From NCBI GenBank assembly GCA_947625815.1, contig CANQPU010000011.1:805-64804 (forward strand): DNA of 64,000 nt, read 5' to 3'. A program made the position numbers and the translations under genes. Below, piece by piece: positions 38,499 through 48,555 of this stretch. The stretch comes from an uncultured Oscillospiraceae bacterium (GTDB lineage Bacteria; Bacillota; Clostridia; Oscillospirales; Oscillospiraceae). Below the pieces are notes generated by a model. The model made no database searches and was not told the DNA's origin. It saw nothing but the letters and a program-made list of their open reading frames with translations. The first letter of the stretch is position 1. The number at the start of each line of letters is the position of its first letter.

Positions 38499-39905
38499 AT
38501 GATCAAAGAAAATCAAAAGACTTTCAACCGCCTGCACGTCATCACCGACGGGCTCATCGTGTTCGCGTCTTTCCCGCTGGCGTACTGGGTGAGATATACC
38601 CTGATGCACGGTGAGGCCAACGTGACGCTGACGGGATATCTGCTCCTGGCGGCGGGATATACGGCGGCGCAGCTTTTTACCTACGCGGCCTTCGGGCTGT
38701 ATCAGAGCTTCCGCCGACTGAGGCTCCGCCATGAGCTCATCAGACTGTGGGAGGCGTCCATACTGGACGCGCTGCTCCTGCAGAGCCTGCTCTTTTTGAG
38801 CTGGGGCGTGCATTTTTCAAGGCTCGCCCTGGGGATCGCCTTTGCGGTCAGCGTGGGCGTGCTCAGCCTGAAGCGCTTTATCCTGCGGCGGTCCCTGCGC
38901 CGCTTCCGTCAGGCGGGGTACAACCTCAAAAATGTGGTCGTCGTGGGGAACGGGCATCTGGCGGCCAAATATATCAATGAGATCCGCCGGGACAAGGAGC
39001 TGGGCTACCGGGCCCTGGGATACATATGTGAGGAGAAGGACAGGAAAAAGAACGGCCTTCTGTGGCTGGGGAGCTTTGAGGACCTTGAGGAGGTGCTGGA
39101 GCGGGAACGGCCGGACGAGGTGGTGGCCGCGCTGGAGGTCTCGGACCATGAGCGCACGCCGGATGTGATCATCGCCTGCGAGCAGGCGGGCGTCAAGCTG
39201 TCCATTATCCCGTTTTACATGGAGTATATGCCCTCCAACCCGCAGTTTGACGACCTGAACGGCATCCCCATGCTGAATATCCGCTATATACCGCTGGACA
39301 ACTGGGCCAACGCCTTCATCAAGCGGGCCATGGATATCGTCGGCTCGGCCCTTTTGCTGATCCTGACCTCACCATTCATGCTTTTCTGCGCCGTCGGCGT
39401 GAAGCTCTCGTCCCCGGGACCGGTGATCTTCAAACAGGAGCGGATCGGCCGGGGGAACAAGACCTTTTACATGTATAAATTCCGGTCCATGCGGCTGAAC
39501 GACTCCGAAAATACGGCCTGGAGCCGCAAAACGGACGAGCGCAAGACCGGGTTCGGATCCTTCATGCGCAAATGCTCTCTGGATGAGCTGCCCCAATTCT
39601 GGAACGTCCTCAAGGGCGATATGAGCCTTGTGGGGCCGCGGCCGGAGATCCCCCATTTTGTAGAGCGGTTCAAAAAAGAGGTGCCCCTCTACATGGTCAA
39701 GCACCAGGTGCGGCCGGGGATCACGGGATGGGCGCAGGTCAACGGCTACCGGGGAGACACTTCCATCCCCGCGCGGATCGAGCATGATATCTACTACATA
39801 GAGCACTGGAGCATCTGGCTCGATCTGGAGATCCTGCTGATGACGGTTTTCGGCGGAAAATTCCTCAATAACGAGGTCATACTAAAAGAGAAAGCGAGGC
39901 GGTGA
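38499..39905 (+). CDS. undecaprenyl-phosphate sugar phosphotransferase (priming glycosyltransferase, WbaP/CpsE-like)
   Basis: N-terminal TM segments and a C-terminal bacterial sugar transferase domain (LDELPQFWNVLKGDMSLVGPRP, PGITGWAQV). Confidence 0.9.
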   Translation: MIKENQKTFNRLHVITDGLIVFASFPLAYWVRYTLMHGEANVTLTGYLLLAAGYTAAQLFTYAAFGLYQSFRRLRLRHELIRLWEASILDALLLQSLLFLSWGVHFSRLALGIAFAVSVGVLSLKRFILRRSLRRFRQAGYNLKNVVVVGNGHLAAKYINEIRRDKELGYRALGYICEEKDRKKNGLLWLGSFEDLEEVLERERPDEVVAALEVSDHERTPDVIIACEQAGVKLSIIPFYMEYMPSNPQFDDLNGIPMLNIRYIPLDNWANAFIKRAMDIVGSALLLILTSPFMLFCAVGVKLSSPGPVIFKQERIGRGNKTFYMYKFRSMRLNDSENTAWSRKTDERKTGFGSFMRKCSLDELPQFWNVLKGDMSLVGPRPEIPHFVERFKKEVPLYMVKHQVRPGITGWAQVNGYRGDTSIPARIEHDIYYIEHWSIWLDLEILLMTVFGGKFLNNEVILKEKARR

Positions 39906-39907
39906 CG

Positions 39908-41020
39908 ATGGGCGGGAAGGTGCTCTTTACCGCCTCGACCTTTTCCCATATCCTGAATTTCCATCTCCCGTATCTCGGCTATTTTCAAAAAAAAGGATGG
40001 GAGGTCCATGTGGCCTGCGCAGGCGGGGAGGAGGAGATACCGGGGGCCGACCGGGTCATCCCGCTGCCCTTTGAAAAGGACCTGTTCTCCCCGCGCAATC
40101 TAGAGGCCTCGGCGCGGATCCGTGAGCTTGTCCGCCGGGAGCGGTATGACCTTATCTCCGCCCATACCTCTCTGGCGGCGTTTTTCACGCGCCTGGCGGT
40201 GAAGGGGATGAGGGAGCGGCCCCGGGTGGTGGTCATTTCCCACGGGTATCTGTTTGACGGGGACACCCCCGCCCTGAAAAGGACAGCGCTCTCCGCCGCG
40301 GAACGCCTGACGGCCCCCCAGACGGATCTGCTCCTGACCATGAACCGGTGGGATCATGAGTACGCGAAAAAGCACCGGCTCGGGAAAGATGTGGTCAACA
40401 TCCCGGGGATGGGCGTGGACTTTACGGAGCTTGACCGGTTCCCGCCGGAGGCCGGAGCGGCCCTGAGACGGCAATGGTCGATCCCCGCCGGCGGCTTTCT
40501 GATGGTCTATCCGGCGGAGTTTTCCGAAAGGAAGAGCCAGCAGGTGCTGATCCGGGCCATGAGCCGGCTTCCGGAACACTGCTATCTGGCGCTGCCGGGG
40601 AGCGGGGCTCTGCTGGAGAGCTGCCGGGCCCTGGCGGACGGGCTGGGCCTTACGGGGCGCGTCCTTTTTCCCGGCCAGGTCCGGGGGATGGGGCCCTGGT
40701 ACGCGGCGGCGGACGCGGCGGTGTCCGCGAGCCGCAGCGAGGGCCTGCCCTTCAATCTGATGGAGGCCATGCACTTCGGCCTGCCGGCCGCGGTCAGCCG
40801 CGTCAAGGGACATACGGATCTGGTGGAGGACGGCGTATCCGGTCTTCTCTATCCCTATGGGGACGCGGACGCCTGCGCCGAGGCGATCCGGACATTGCTG
40901 GACCATCCGGAGACGGGGGCCCTCCTGGGCCGGAACGCCAGGGAGCGCGCGGAGTCCTTCTCGTTGGAGCGGGTCTTTCCTACGGTCACGGCCCTCTATG
41001 AGGCCGCCCTGAAGGACTGA
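39908..41020 (+). CDS. glycosyltransferase family 4
   Basis: GT-B fold features with E-x7-E-like SRSEGLPFNLMEAMHFGLP. The alternative GTG start at 39902 overlaps the upstream stop. Confidence 0.85.
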   Translation: MGGKVLFTASTFSHILNFHLPYLGYFQKKGWEVHVACAGGEEEIPGADRVIPLPFEKDLFSPRNLEASARIRELVRRERYDLISAHTSLAAFFTRLAVKGMRERPRVVVISHGYLFDGDTPALKRTALSAAERLTAPQTDLLLTMNRWDHEYAKKHRLGKDVVNIPGMGVDFTELDRFPPEAGAALRRQWSIPAGGFLMVYPAEFSERKSQQVLIRAMSRLPEHCYLALPGSGALLESCRALADGLGLTGRVLFPGQVRGMGPWYAAADAAVSASRSEGLPFNLMEAMHFGLPAAVSRVKGHTDLVEDGVSGLLYPYGDADACAEAIRTLLDHPETGALLGRNARERAESFSLERVFPTVTALYEAALKD

Positions 41021-41099
41021 CGGCTGCCGCCGGCGGGAGGAGGGACAGCGCTTTCGAGGGCTGCCGTGCCCCTGAGCGCCGCGATTTGACGGGAAAGGA

Positions 41100-41879
41100 T
41101 TGAGAGGTTTGTTCGAAAAAATACTGGTATGCTTTTTTGCCGGGGCCGGAGCCGGACTGGGGACAGGCTTTGCCGGCATGAGCGCGGCGGCGGTGATCAG
41201 CCCCATGCTGATCACCTTCCTGGGGATGCCGGCCTATGAGGCGGTGGGGATCGCCCTGGCCAGCGACGTACTGGCCAGCGCCGTCAGCGCCTATACATAC
41301 GGGAAAAACAGGAACCTCGACATCAAAAACGGACTTGTGATGATGGCGGCGGTGCTTCTGATGACCATGGTGGGCAGCTGGGTGGCCAGCATCGTGCCCA
41401 ACCGGACCATGGGGGGCTTCTCCGTCTTCATGACCATGATGCTCGGAATCAGATTTCTCATCAGGCCCGTGATGACCACCAGAGAGAAGATGGCGGAGAC
41501 CGGCGGGAAAAAACGGGTCGTCCTGTCGGCGGTGTGCGGCACGGCGGTGGGGTTCATCTGCGGCTTTGTGGGCGCGGGCGGGGGCATGATGATGCTCCTT
41601 CTGCTCACAAGCGTGCTGGGCTATGAGCTGAAGACGGCCGTGGGGACGAGCGTCTTTATCATGACCTTTACGGCCCTGACCGGCGCCGTCAGCCATTTTG
41701 CCATCGGCGGCGCGCCGGACGTCCTGTGCCTTGTGCTGTGCGTGGCCTTCACCCTGCTGTGGGCGAGGATCGCGGCTCTCCTGGCCAACAGGGCCAGCGC
41801 CAGGACCCTGAACCGCGCCACCGGCGCCGTGCTCACGGTGCTGGGCGCGGTGATCCTGACCGTGAATCTTCTGAAATAA
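41100..41879 (+). CDS. TauE/SafE family sulfite exporter-like membrane protein
   Basis: Gly-rich TM repeats (FAGAGAGLGTGFAGMSAAAVISP and GFVGAGGGMMMLLLL). A non-ATG start (TTG at 41100 or 41109) is needed, so the start is uncertain. Confidence 0.7.
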   Translation: MRGLFEKILVCFFAGAGAGLGTGFAGMSAAAVISPMLITFLGMPAYEAVGIALASDVLASAVSAYTYGKNRNLDIKNGLVMMAAVLLMTMVGSWVASIVPNRTMGGFSVFMTMMLGIRFLIRPVMTTREKMAETGGKKRVVLSAVCGTAVGFICGFVGAGGGMMMLLLLTSVLGYELKTAVGTSVFIMTFTALTGAVSHFAIGGAPDVLCLVLCVAFTLLWARIAALLANRASARTLNRATGAVLTVLGAVILTVNLLK

Positions 41880-41917
41880 CGGACCGGGCAATACTATTGG
41901 ATCGTTTTGAAAAGCAG

Positions 41918-41943
41918 ACGCGCCGTTTCGACGGCGCGTTTTT
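41918..41943 (+). terminator. rho-independent terminator after the TauE-like gene
   Basis: 9-bp stem acgcgccgt/acggcgcgt with loop ttcg, followed by TTTTT. Confidence 0.85.
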
Positions 41944-42044
41944 CATAAATTTTTCATAAAAAGGTGTTGACAGTCCCCGGGGATCGTGCTATGATAACCG
42001 TACTAATACAAATAGTACACACAATACAGACGGGAGGCGATGGA

Positions 42045-42416
42045 GTGATCGAGGTGGATTTCAGGGACGCGCGTCCCATCTACGAACAGGTGAGGGACGG
42101 GCTGCGCCGGCTCATCATCACCGGCGTCATCGAGGCCGGGGACCGGCTGCCATCGGTGAGGGCCCTGTCCGGGTCGCTGGCCATCAATCCGAATACCATC
42201 CAGAAAGCCTACGAGGCGCTGGAGCAGGAGGGGTACGCCTACTCCGTGGCGGGAAAGGGGAGCTTCGCGGCGCTTCCGGCCGACGTGAAGACGGAGCGCA
42301 GGCGGGAGCTGCTGGCAAGGCTTGATCTGATCGTGCAGGAGCTTCGCTATCTGGGCGTGACCGACGACGAGCTGCGCGAGCACATGAATAAGAGAGAGGG
42401 GGACGAACATGATTGA
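42045..42416 (+). CDS. GntR (YtrA-subfamily) transcriptional regulator
   Basis: GTG 42045 follows GGGAGG. PIYEQVRDGLRRLIITGVIEAGDRLPSVRALSGSLAINPNTIQKAYEALEQEGY. About 123 aa, which is the size typical of YtrA-type regulators. Confidence 0.85.
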   Translation: MIEVDFRDARPIYEQVRDGLRRLIITGVIEAGDRLPSVRALSGSLAINPNTIQKAYEALEQEGYAYSVAGKGSFAALPADVKTERRRELLARLDLIVQELRYLGVTDDELREHMNKREGDEHD

Positions 42417-43311
42417 GGTCAAAAACGTCGTCAAGAGCTTTGACGGCTTCCACGCCCTGAACGGGCTGACCATGACGGTGCCGAAGGGGGCCATTTACGG
42501 CCTGGTGGGGCCCAACGGGGCGGGGAAGTCCACCATACTCCGGCATCTGTCCGGGACGTACCGGCCCGACTCCGGGGAGATCGCCTTAGAGGGCGCGCCG
42601 ATCTACGAAAACCCGGCGGCAAAGCGGCGGATAGCGGTGATCCCCGACGAGGTCTACTATTTCGGCTCCGCCACCACCAGGGACATGATGAGGTTTTATA
42701 AGGGCGTCTATCCCACTTTTGATGTGGAGCGCTACAAGCGGCTCCGGGAGGCCTTCCCGGAGGTGGACGAGCGCAGGCCCATCCGGCGTCTCTCCAAGGG
42801 GATGCAGAAGCAGTCGGCCTTCTGGCTGGCGCTTAGCTGTAAGCCGGACTACCTCCTGCTGGACGAGCCGGTGGACGGCCTGGATCCGGTGATGCGGCGG
42901 CAGGTCTGGAGCATCCTCATGGGGGATGTGGCGGAGCGGGGGACCACGGTGCTGGTGTCCTCCCACAACCTCCGGGAGCTGGAGGACGTCTGCGACCATG
43001 TGGGGCTTTTGAGCCACGGGCGGATCGCGCTGGAGAGGTCGCTTACGGAGCTTCAGGGCGGCATTGTGAAGCTCCAGATCGCCTTCAGCGCCTCCAAGCC
43101 CCCGGAGCTTCCCGAGGATCTGAAGGTACTGCACACCTCCAACCTGGGGCGGGTCTACACCTACATCATCAGGGGCCAGGCGGAGGAGATACAGCGGCGG
43201 TTCGCCGCGTTTGAGCCGCTTTTTATGGAGGCCCTGCCCCTTTCGCTGGAGGAGATCTTTATTTACGAGATGGGAGGTGAGGACTATGCGGTCCGGGACA
43301 TCGCTCTTTGA
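42409..43311 (+). CDS. ABC transporter ATP-binding protein
   Basis: Walker A GPNGAGKST, signature LSKGMQKQ, Walker B LLLDEP. It overlaps the GntR stop. Confidence 0.9.
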   Translation: MIEVKNVVKSFDGFHALNGLTMTVPKGAIYGLVGPNGAGKSTILRHLSGTYRPDSGEIALEGAPIYENPAAKRRIAVIPDEVYYFGSATTRDMMRFYKGVYPTFDVERYKRLREAFPEVDERRPIRRLSKGMQKQSAFWLALSCKPDYLLLDEPVDGLDPVMRRQVWSILMGDVAERGTTVLVSSHNLRELEDVCDHVGLLSHGRIALERSLTELQGGIVKLQIAFSASKPPELPEDLKVLHTSNLGRVYTYIIRGQAEEIQRRFAAFEPLFMEALPLSLEEIFIYEMGGEDYAVRDIAL

Positions 43312-45037
43312 TTGGATGCTCTTTAAAAAGAACATCACCCGCTTCTGGCCCATCTGGGCGTCGTATCTGACGATATGGATGTTCGTGATGCCCGTCGATC
43401 TCATGATGACCAAGATCAATTTAGGGAGTGTGAGCAATTACGATATCACCTCCACGGCCGCGGCGCACCCATGGTTTGCCCTGTTTTTCGGGTGCTTTGC
43501 CGCTATGGCGGTGCTGAGCCATCTCTATGCCCCGAGGTCCGCCAACTTCTTCGGTACGCTCCCTGTCCGGCGGGAGGGGATCTTCCTGACCCAGTACCTC
43601 TCGGGTCTTGCCTTCGTCGTCGTCCCCAACCTCATCGTGGCGGCCTGCACGGCGCCTATTTTCGCGGGCCAGTCCGGGTCGTTCAGTGCGGTGCTTTACT
43701 GGCTCATAACCGGGTGCGGCGTCTATTTCTTCTTTTACACCCTGGCTGTCCTCTGCGGCATGTTCGCGGGGCACCTGCTGGCCTTGCCGGTGTTTTACGG
43801 GGTGATGAACGTCCTGGCCTACGGCGTTTACGGTATGGCCGATCTGCTCATGAGCCACTTCTACCGGGGATATTATACGGTGAACTCCTGGGTGATGACG
43901 GCCGTGGAGTGGCTGACCCCGATATACAAGCTGGAAGAGGTGGGCTGGCGGAGGAGGGACGTGAACGCCCTTTTCGTTTTGTTGGGGCGCGACTGGATCA
44001 TTCTGACGGCCTATGTTTTATGCGCCGTCCTCATGGCGGCGGCCAGCCTGCTCCTCTACAAAAACCGGCGGCTCGAGAGCGCCGGGGACGTGGTGGCCGT
44101 CCGGATCATGCGGCCGGTCTTCAAGTACGGCGTGGCGGTCTGCGCGGGCATTACGCTGGGGTACGTGACCTCCGCCGTACTGGGGGAGGAGAGCCTGCCC
44201 TACACCATCGTGATCTGGACGGCCCTGGGGTGCTTCGGGGCGCAGATGGTCCTTGACAAGACCTTCCGGGTGTTCAAAAAATGGAAGGGCGTCCTGGCGG
44301 TGTCGGCGGCCATGGCGGCGTTGATGGCGGTCATGATGTTTGACCTCACCGGCTTTGACAGGTGGCTCCCGCGCCTTGAGGACGTGGAGTATGTGGAGGT
44401 GTACGGGCTGGGCGACCCGTCCGGCGTCTACGATTCAGCGGACTGGAATACGGCGGCTCTGTCCGAGCCCCGGGACATTCAGAAGATACTCGACCTCCAC
44501 GCCATAGCCCTGAAGGGCGAGGGCTCCGGCGATGAGGTGCTGAATCTGACGCTGACGTACCGCACAAAGAGCGGCGTCCACAGCCGGCGCTATTACTTCC
44601 GGCTGAAATCGTCGGAGGTGAATGTCCCCGGCTCGGCGGCGTACATCCTGGAGAGCCTCTACGCCGACAGAGAGCTTTACTGGAGGCTCTACGGCTTCGA
44701 CAGGCTCCAGAGCTTCCTTGACTCCGGCGGGCGGCCGGACTACATGGCGTACAGCATGTACGGATCGGATCCCAGCGAAAGCCACATTCAAAACTATTCG
44801 GATCAGCTGAAGCTCTGGGAGGCCGTAAAGGCGGACTTCCTTGACGGCCTTATCTGCGTCCGCCACGTTGGGGCAGAATACAACAGATCCCTCTGCGAGA
44901 TCGAGATCAGATGGTACGATGAAGCCGAGGGCGAAGACGACGTGAGAGAATATATCACGATCCGCCTCACCCCGACCGACCGCACCCTCAGGGTGCTCAG
45001 GGAGATATTCCCCGGAGAGAAATTCGAAGCTCCCTAA
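43286..45037 (+). CDS. ABC-2-type permease-like membrane protein with a C-terminal extracytoplasmic domain
   Basis: I place the start at ATG 43286, overlapping the ATPase gene. Multiple TM segments. Its position in a YtrA-type GntR-ABC operon supports the call. Confidence 0.7.
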   Translation: MRSGTSLFDWMLFKKNITRFWPIWASYLTIWMFVMPVDLMMTKINLGSVSNYDITSTAAAHPWFALFFGCFAAMAVLSHLYAPRSANFFGTLPVRREGIFLTQYLSGLAFVVVPNLIVAACTAPIFAGQSGSFSAVLYWLITGCGVYFFFYTLAVLCGMFAGHLLALPVFYGVMNVLAYGVYGMADLLMSHFYRGYYTVNSWVMTAVEWLTPIYKLEEVGWRRRDVNALFVLLGRDWIILTAYVLCAVLMAAASLLLYKNRRLESAGDVVAVRIMRPVFKYGVAVCAGITLGYVTSAVLGEESLPYTIVIWTALGCFGAQMVLDKTFRVFKKWKGVLAVSAAMAALMAVMMFDLTGFDRWLPRLEDVEYVEVYGLGDPSGVYDSADWNTAALSEPRDIQKILDLHAIALKGEGSGDEVLNLTLTYRTKSGVHSRRYYFRLKSSEVNVPGSAAYILESLYADRELYWRLYGFDRLQSFLDSGGRPDYMAYSMYGSDPSESHIQNYSDQLKLWEAVKADFLDGLICVRHVGAEYNRSLCEIEIRWYDEAEGEDDVREYITIRLTPTDRTLRVLREIFPGEKFEAP

Positions 45038-45056
45038 GCCGAACCGGATTAAAAAA

Positions 45057-45095
45057 GGACCCCGGGCGCGCGGTCAGGCCGCGTGCCCGGGGTCC
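45057..45095. terminator. bidirectional terminator between the permease gene and degV
   Basis: Long GC hairpin ggaccccgggc...gcccggggtcc, flanked by AAAAAA upstream and a nearby TTTT downstream. Confidence 0.8.
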
Positions 45096-45108
45096 CGGAT
45101 TTTATAGA

Positions 45109-46008
45109 TCAGTTTTTCAGATCGGCCTTTTTCACGATCCCGAAGCCCAGGGGATAGGGGCCGGTGTGGACGGAGATGGCGGCGCCGATGTGGTAGATGT
45201 CAAGAGTGGGGACGTGGCCCACGGACCGGAGATGCTCGGCAATCACGTCGCGGAACACCTGGCCCTCCGACAGATCGTAGCCGTATCCGATACACGCCAC
45301 ATATTCGTCGGGGCTCCGGAAGGTCTCGGTCACGTATTTCGTCACCAGCTTGCCCACCATGTCCATGGACTTCTTGCGGGAGCGCGTAATGCCGGAGGGG
45401 AAGATCTCGCCCTCTTTGAGAGTGATCAGCGGGCGGATCCCCAGAAGCGCCCCGGCCATGCCGGCCAGCTTGCCGATGCGGCCCCCCGCCCGGAGATAGT
45501 CCAGATTGCCCACGGTGAAGAAGATCCGGCCCGTGGGGAGGATGTCGGTGAGACGCTTGACGGACTCCTCAAAATCGAAGCCGGCGTCACGGAGTTTACA
45601 TAATTCAAGGACCACGATGCCCTGAAGGACGGTATCGACGGTGGAGTCGATGACGGCGACCTTCCGATCGGGATACTCGTCCAGCAGCAGCTCCCTGGCG
45701 GCCGTGGCTACCTCATAGCAGGAGGAGAATTTCCGGGTGATGGTGAGACAGATGATGTCCTCACCGGCCTTGGCGGCCTCCTCAAAGGCCGCCAGAAAGT
45801 CCGAGGTGGGGGGCATGGAGCTCTTGGGGAACCGGCCGGGATGCTCCACCATCCATTTGTAGAAGTCGGACTTTGAGATATCCACATTCTCCTTGATGTA
45901 GTTGTTGTCGTCCATGTTCACGTAAAAGGGGACCACATGGATGCCCTTCTCTTTTGTCAGCTCCTCGGGCAGGTCGCAGGAGCCGTCGGAAATGATCCGG
46001 TAGGACAT
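45109..46008 (-). CDS. DegV family fatty-acid-binding protein
   Basis: MSYRIISDGSCDLP N-terminus, 299 aa, RBS GGAGGT. Confidence 0.9.
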   Translation of the reverse strand: MSYRIISDGSCDLPEELTKEKGIHVVPFYVNMDDNNYIKENVDISKSDFYKWMVEHPGRFPKSSMPPTSDFLAAFEEAAKAGEDIICLTITRKFSSCYEVATAARELLLDEYPDRKVAVIDSTVDTVLQGIVVLELCKLRDAGFDFEESVKRLTDILPTGRIFFTVGNLDYLRAGGRIGKLAGMAGALLGIRPLITLKEGEIFPSGITRSRKKSMDMVGKLVTKYVTETFRSPDEYVACIGYGYDLSEGQVFRDVIAEHLRSVGHVPTLDIYHIGAAISVHTGPYPLGFGIVKKADLKN

Positions 46009-46141
46009 AATATACCTCCATTATCCGCACACGATGTCAATGAACCTCTTTTATAATACAACAAAATCCCGCCCGTGACAATAGGCAGGATTTTGCAGGA
46101 ATGTGGTTTTAGAAAAGACACATTCCGGGAAATATGTACGT

Positions 46142-46981
46142 TTATTCCGGGATAAAGCCTTCGAAGATCGTCTGAACGCCCTCCCTCTCCAGCTTTTTCT
46201 GGAGCTCCGGGTCGCGGACGGTCCAGCTCACCTCATGCACGCCGTAGAGGGACTTCATGAGGCGCAGGCTCAACGCGCCGCGGTCCACGTGATTGTAGGC
46301 GATAAAGTCGGGCTTGGTGCGGAAGGTGGTGAGGAGGTGGGTCATGGCCGCCCGAAGGGGGAGATTCAGGGTGGCGGGCCTGGAGCGCAGGAAATTCTCG
46401 CTGAGCTGTCCCCGGATGACATCCGGGTAACGGTCCCGAAGGCAAAGCAGGACGTGGGGGTCGAAGGATTCCAGACAGTACGGCCCCCCGTAGTCCGCCA
46501 AACGCTCCATGACCGCGTCGGTGAGAGCGGCGGCGTTGCCGTTGTGGGTCTTGAGCTCGATGATCAGGGGCGTCCGGCCGGAAAAGACGTCCAGGACGTC
46601 CTCCAGGAGGGGGATCGTCTCCTCAGAGCCGGTGAGGGGATAGCTTTTCAGATCCTCCGCCGTCAGGTCCTCCACCGTCACATCCGTGCCGGTGACCCGC
46701 GTAAGGCAGGAGTCGTGGACCACGGCCAGAGAGCCGTCGCGCATGAGATGGACGTCCAGCTCCGCGCCGAAGCCGTGCTCCACCGCGGCCCGGAACGCGG
46801 GAAGGGAGTTTTCGGGCCGCCCGTCCGTAAGGTCATGGAGCCCCCGGTGGGCATAGCGGTAGGCGGCCAGCTCCTCCCAGCCGGGGTGGCCCCGCCGGGG
46901 AGAGAGGGCCTGTACATAGGCAAAGCCGGCCAGGGCGGCCACCGTCGTTACGGCCAGGGTCGCTTTTGTCAGATTCTTCAT
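46142..46981 (-). CDS. glycerophosphodiester phosphodiesterase
   Basis: N-terminal TM/signal segment. YAHRGL and ENSLPAFRAAVEHGFGAELDVH motifs. Confidence 0.85.
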   Translation of the reverse strand: MKNLTKATLAVTTVAALAGFAYVQALSPRRGHPGWEELAAYRYAHRGLHDLTDGRPENSLPAFRAAVEHGFGAELDVHLMRDGSLAVVHDSCLTRVTGTDVTVEDLTAEDLKSYPLTGSEETIPLLEDVLDVFSGRTPLIIELKTHNGNAAALTDAVMERLADYGGPYCLESFDPHVLLCLRDRYPDVIRGQLSENFLRSRPATLNLPLRAAMTHLLTTFRTKPDFIAYNHVDRGALSLRLMKSLYGVHEVSWTVRDPELQKKLEREGVQTIFEGFIPE

Positions 46982-46995
46982 GTTCGCACCTCCGA

Positions 46996-48339
46996 TCAGT
47001 CGTCCATAGCCTCAAAAGCCTCCAGGCCGCGCTTTGCCTCGGCCTTGCTGTCGCCATGCCGGACAAAGAGCATGGTGACAAAGCTCATGGCCGCGAAAGC
47101 GGCGGAGTAGGGGAAGAGAATCCTGTAATCGATGTGCTTCATCAGGGTCCCCGCCAGCACCGGGGTGACGGTCTGGGCCAGCATGGAGGCGGTGTAGTAG
47201 TAGCCGGTAAATTTGCCCACGTCAGACCCGCGGCACATCTCCACCACCATGGGGAGGGAGTTCACGTTGATGGCCGCCCAGGCCAGACCCACCAGGGCGA
47301 AGGCCACATACATGACGGCGTTGATGGTCTTGAAACGGGTGGTGAAGAAGAACCCCGCCAAAAAGCAGGCCGAGAGCAGGATGATGCCGCCCATGATGGT
47401 CTTTTTCCGGCCGATCTTCGAGGCGACGATGCCGATGGGTATGTAAGAGACGATGGCGCCGCCCGTGGCCACCATCAGGCATCTGGAGGCCCCTCCGATG
47501 CCCTCGCCCATGACCTCCTCGATATAAGCGGTGAACCAGGTGGTCACGCCGTTATACCCGATGAACCACAGGGCGATGGAGGCCAGAAGAAAGCCCAGGG
47601 ACCGCTTCACCGGGGCGGGCAGGACCTCGTTCCCGGAGCCGTCGTCCTTGGCCAGGTCCCACTCCGGGTGCTTTTTCTCCAGCTCCCGGTTCTCCCGGGC
47701 CAGCTTGGGCTCCCGGATGGTCAGCAGGAGGATGACCATGGCGCCCAGCATGATGCAGGAGACGATGATGAAGAGAGGCTGGTAGTTGACGTGGAGCAGG
47801 CCCTCCGTTTTGGAGCGGGGGTACAGGAGAGTGGTGATGCCCAGGTAGAGGATCCCGCCCACGGCGCCCATGAGGTTGATGATGGCGTTGGCCTTGGACC
47901 TGAGGGGCTTTGGCGTCACGTCCGGCATCAGCGCCACAGCGGGGGAGCGGTAGATGCCCATGGCGATGAGCAGCAGCCCGAGGACGATGACAAAGGACAT
48001 GAACTTCCAGGGCGCGGCGGCGGAGGCGTAGGAGTTATCCAGAATGGGCAGGATGTTCATGAGGACCACCGCGACGGACGTGCCCACGATGATAAAGGGC
48101 GTGCGGCGGCCCAGCTTCGAGTGCGACCTGTCCGACAGCCCCCCGAACAGGGGCAGTAAAAACAGCGCCAGCACATTGTCCGCGGCCATGATAACGCCGG
48201 TCAGGGATTCGTCCAGGGCGAAGGTCTTCTTCAGCACCAGCGGCACGATGGTGTCGTACATCTGCCAGAAGGCGCAGATGGAAAGAAACGCGAGACCTAC
48301 AAGAATAGTGCGCTTGTTGTTCAGCTTCAATTTCTCCAT
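46996..48339 (-). CDS. MFS transporter
   Basis: 447 aa, about 12 TM segments, GGLSDR-type loop motif. Confidence 0.8.
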   Translation of the reverse strand: MEKLKLNNKRTILVGLAFLSICAFWQMYDTIVPLVLKKTFALDESLTGVIMAADNVLALFLLPLFGGLSDRSHSKLGRRTPFIIVGTSVAVVLMNILPILDNSYASAAAPWKFMSFVIVLGLLLIAMGIYRSPAVALMPDVTPKPLRSKANAIINLMGAVGGILYLGITTLLYPRSKTEGLLHVNYQPLFIIVSCIMLGAMVILLLTIREPKLARENRELEKKHPEWDLAKDDGSGNEVLPAPVKRSLGFLLASIALWFIGYNGVTTWFTAYIEEVMGEGIGGASRCLMVATGGAIVSYIPIGIVASKIGRKKTIMGGIILLSACFLAGFFFTTRFKTINAVMYVAFALVGLAWAAINVNSLPMVVEMCRGSDVGKFTGYYYTASMLAQTVTPVLAGTLMKHIDYRILFPYSAAFAAMSFVTMLFVRHGDSKAEAKRGLEAFEAMDD

Positions 48340-48496
48340 ATTTTTATCCTCCTTTTTCTATTATTCATTCTAACAGAAAAAATCCGGATAATCAACAAAA
48401 ATTTTGTACAGAATGACCTGAAAAATCCAGCGGGTTAACGGCCAAGTTTGAGGACCGGGGAACGCGTCGAGGCGGACCCTGACGGGCGAAGAATGA

Positions 48497-48537
48497 GAAA
48501 AATCAGACGGGGCCTCCCTTGGGAGACCCCGTCTGAT
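48497..48537 (-). terminator. rho-independent terminator after the alpha-galactosidase gene
   Basis: Long stem atcagacgggg...ccccgtctgat, followed on the minus strand by TTTTT. Confidence 0.85.
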
Positions 48538-48555
48538 CGGTTATCCTTGAGGCTT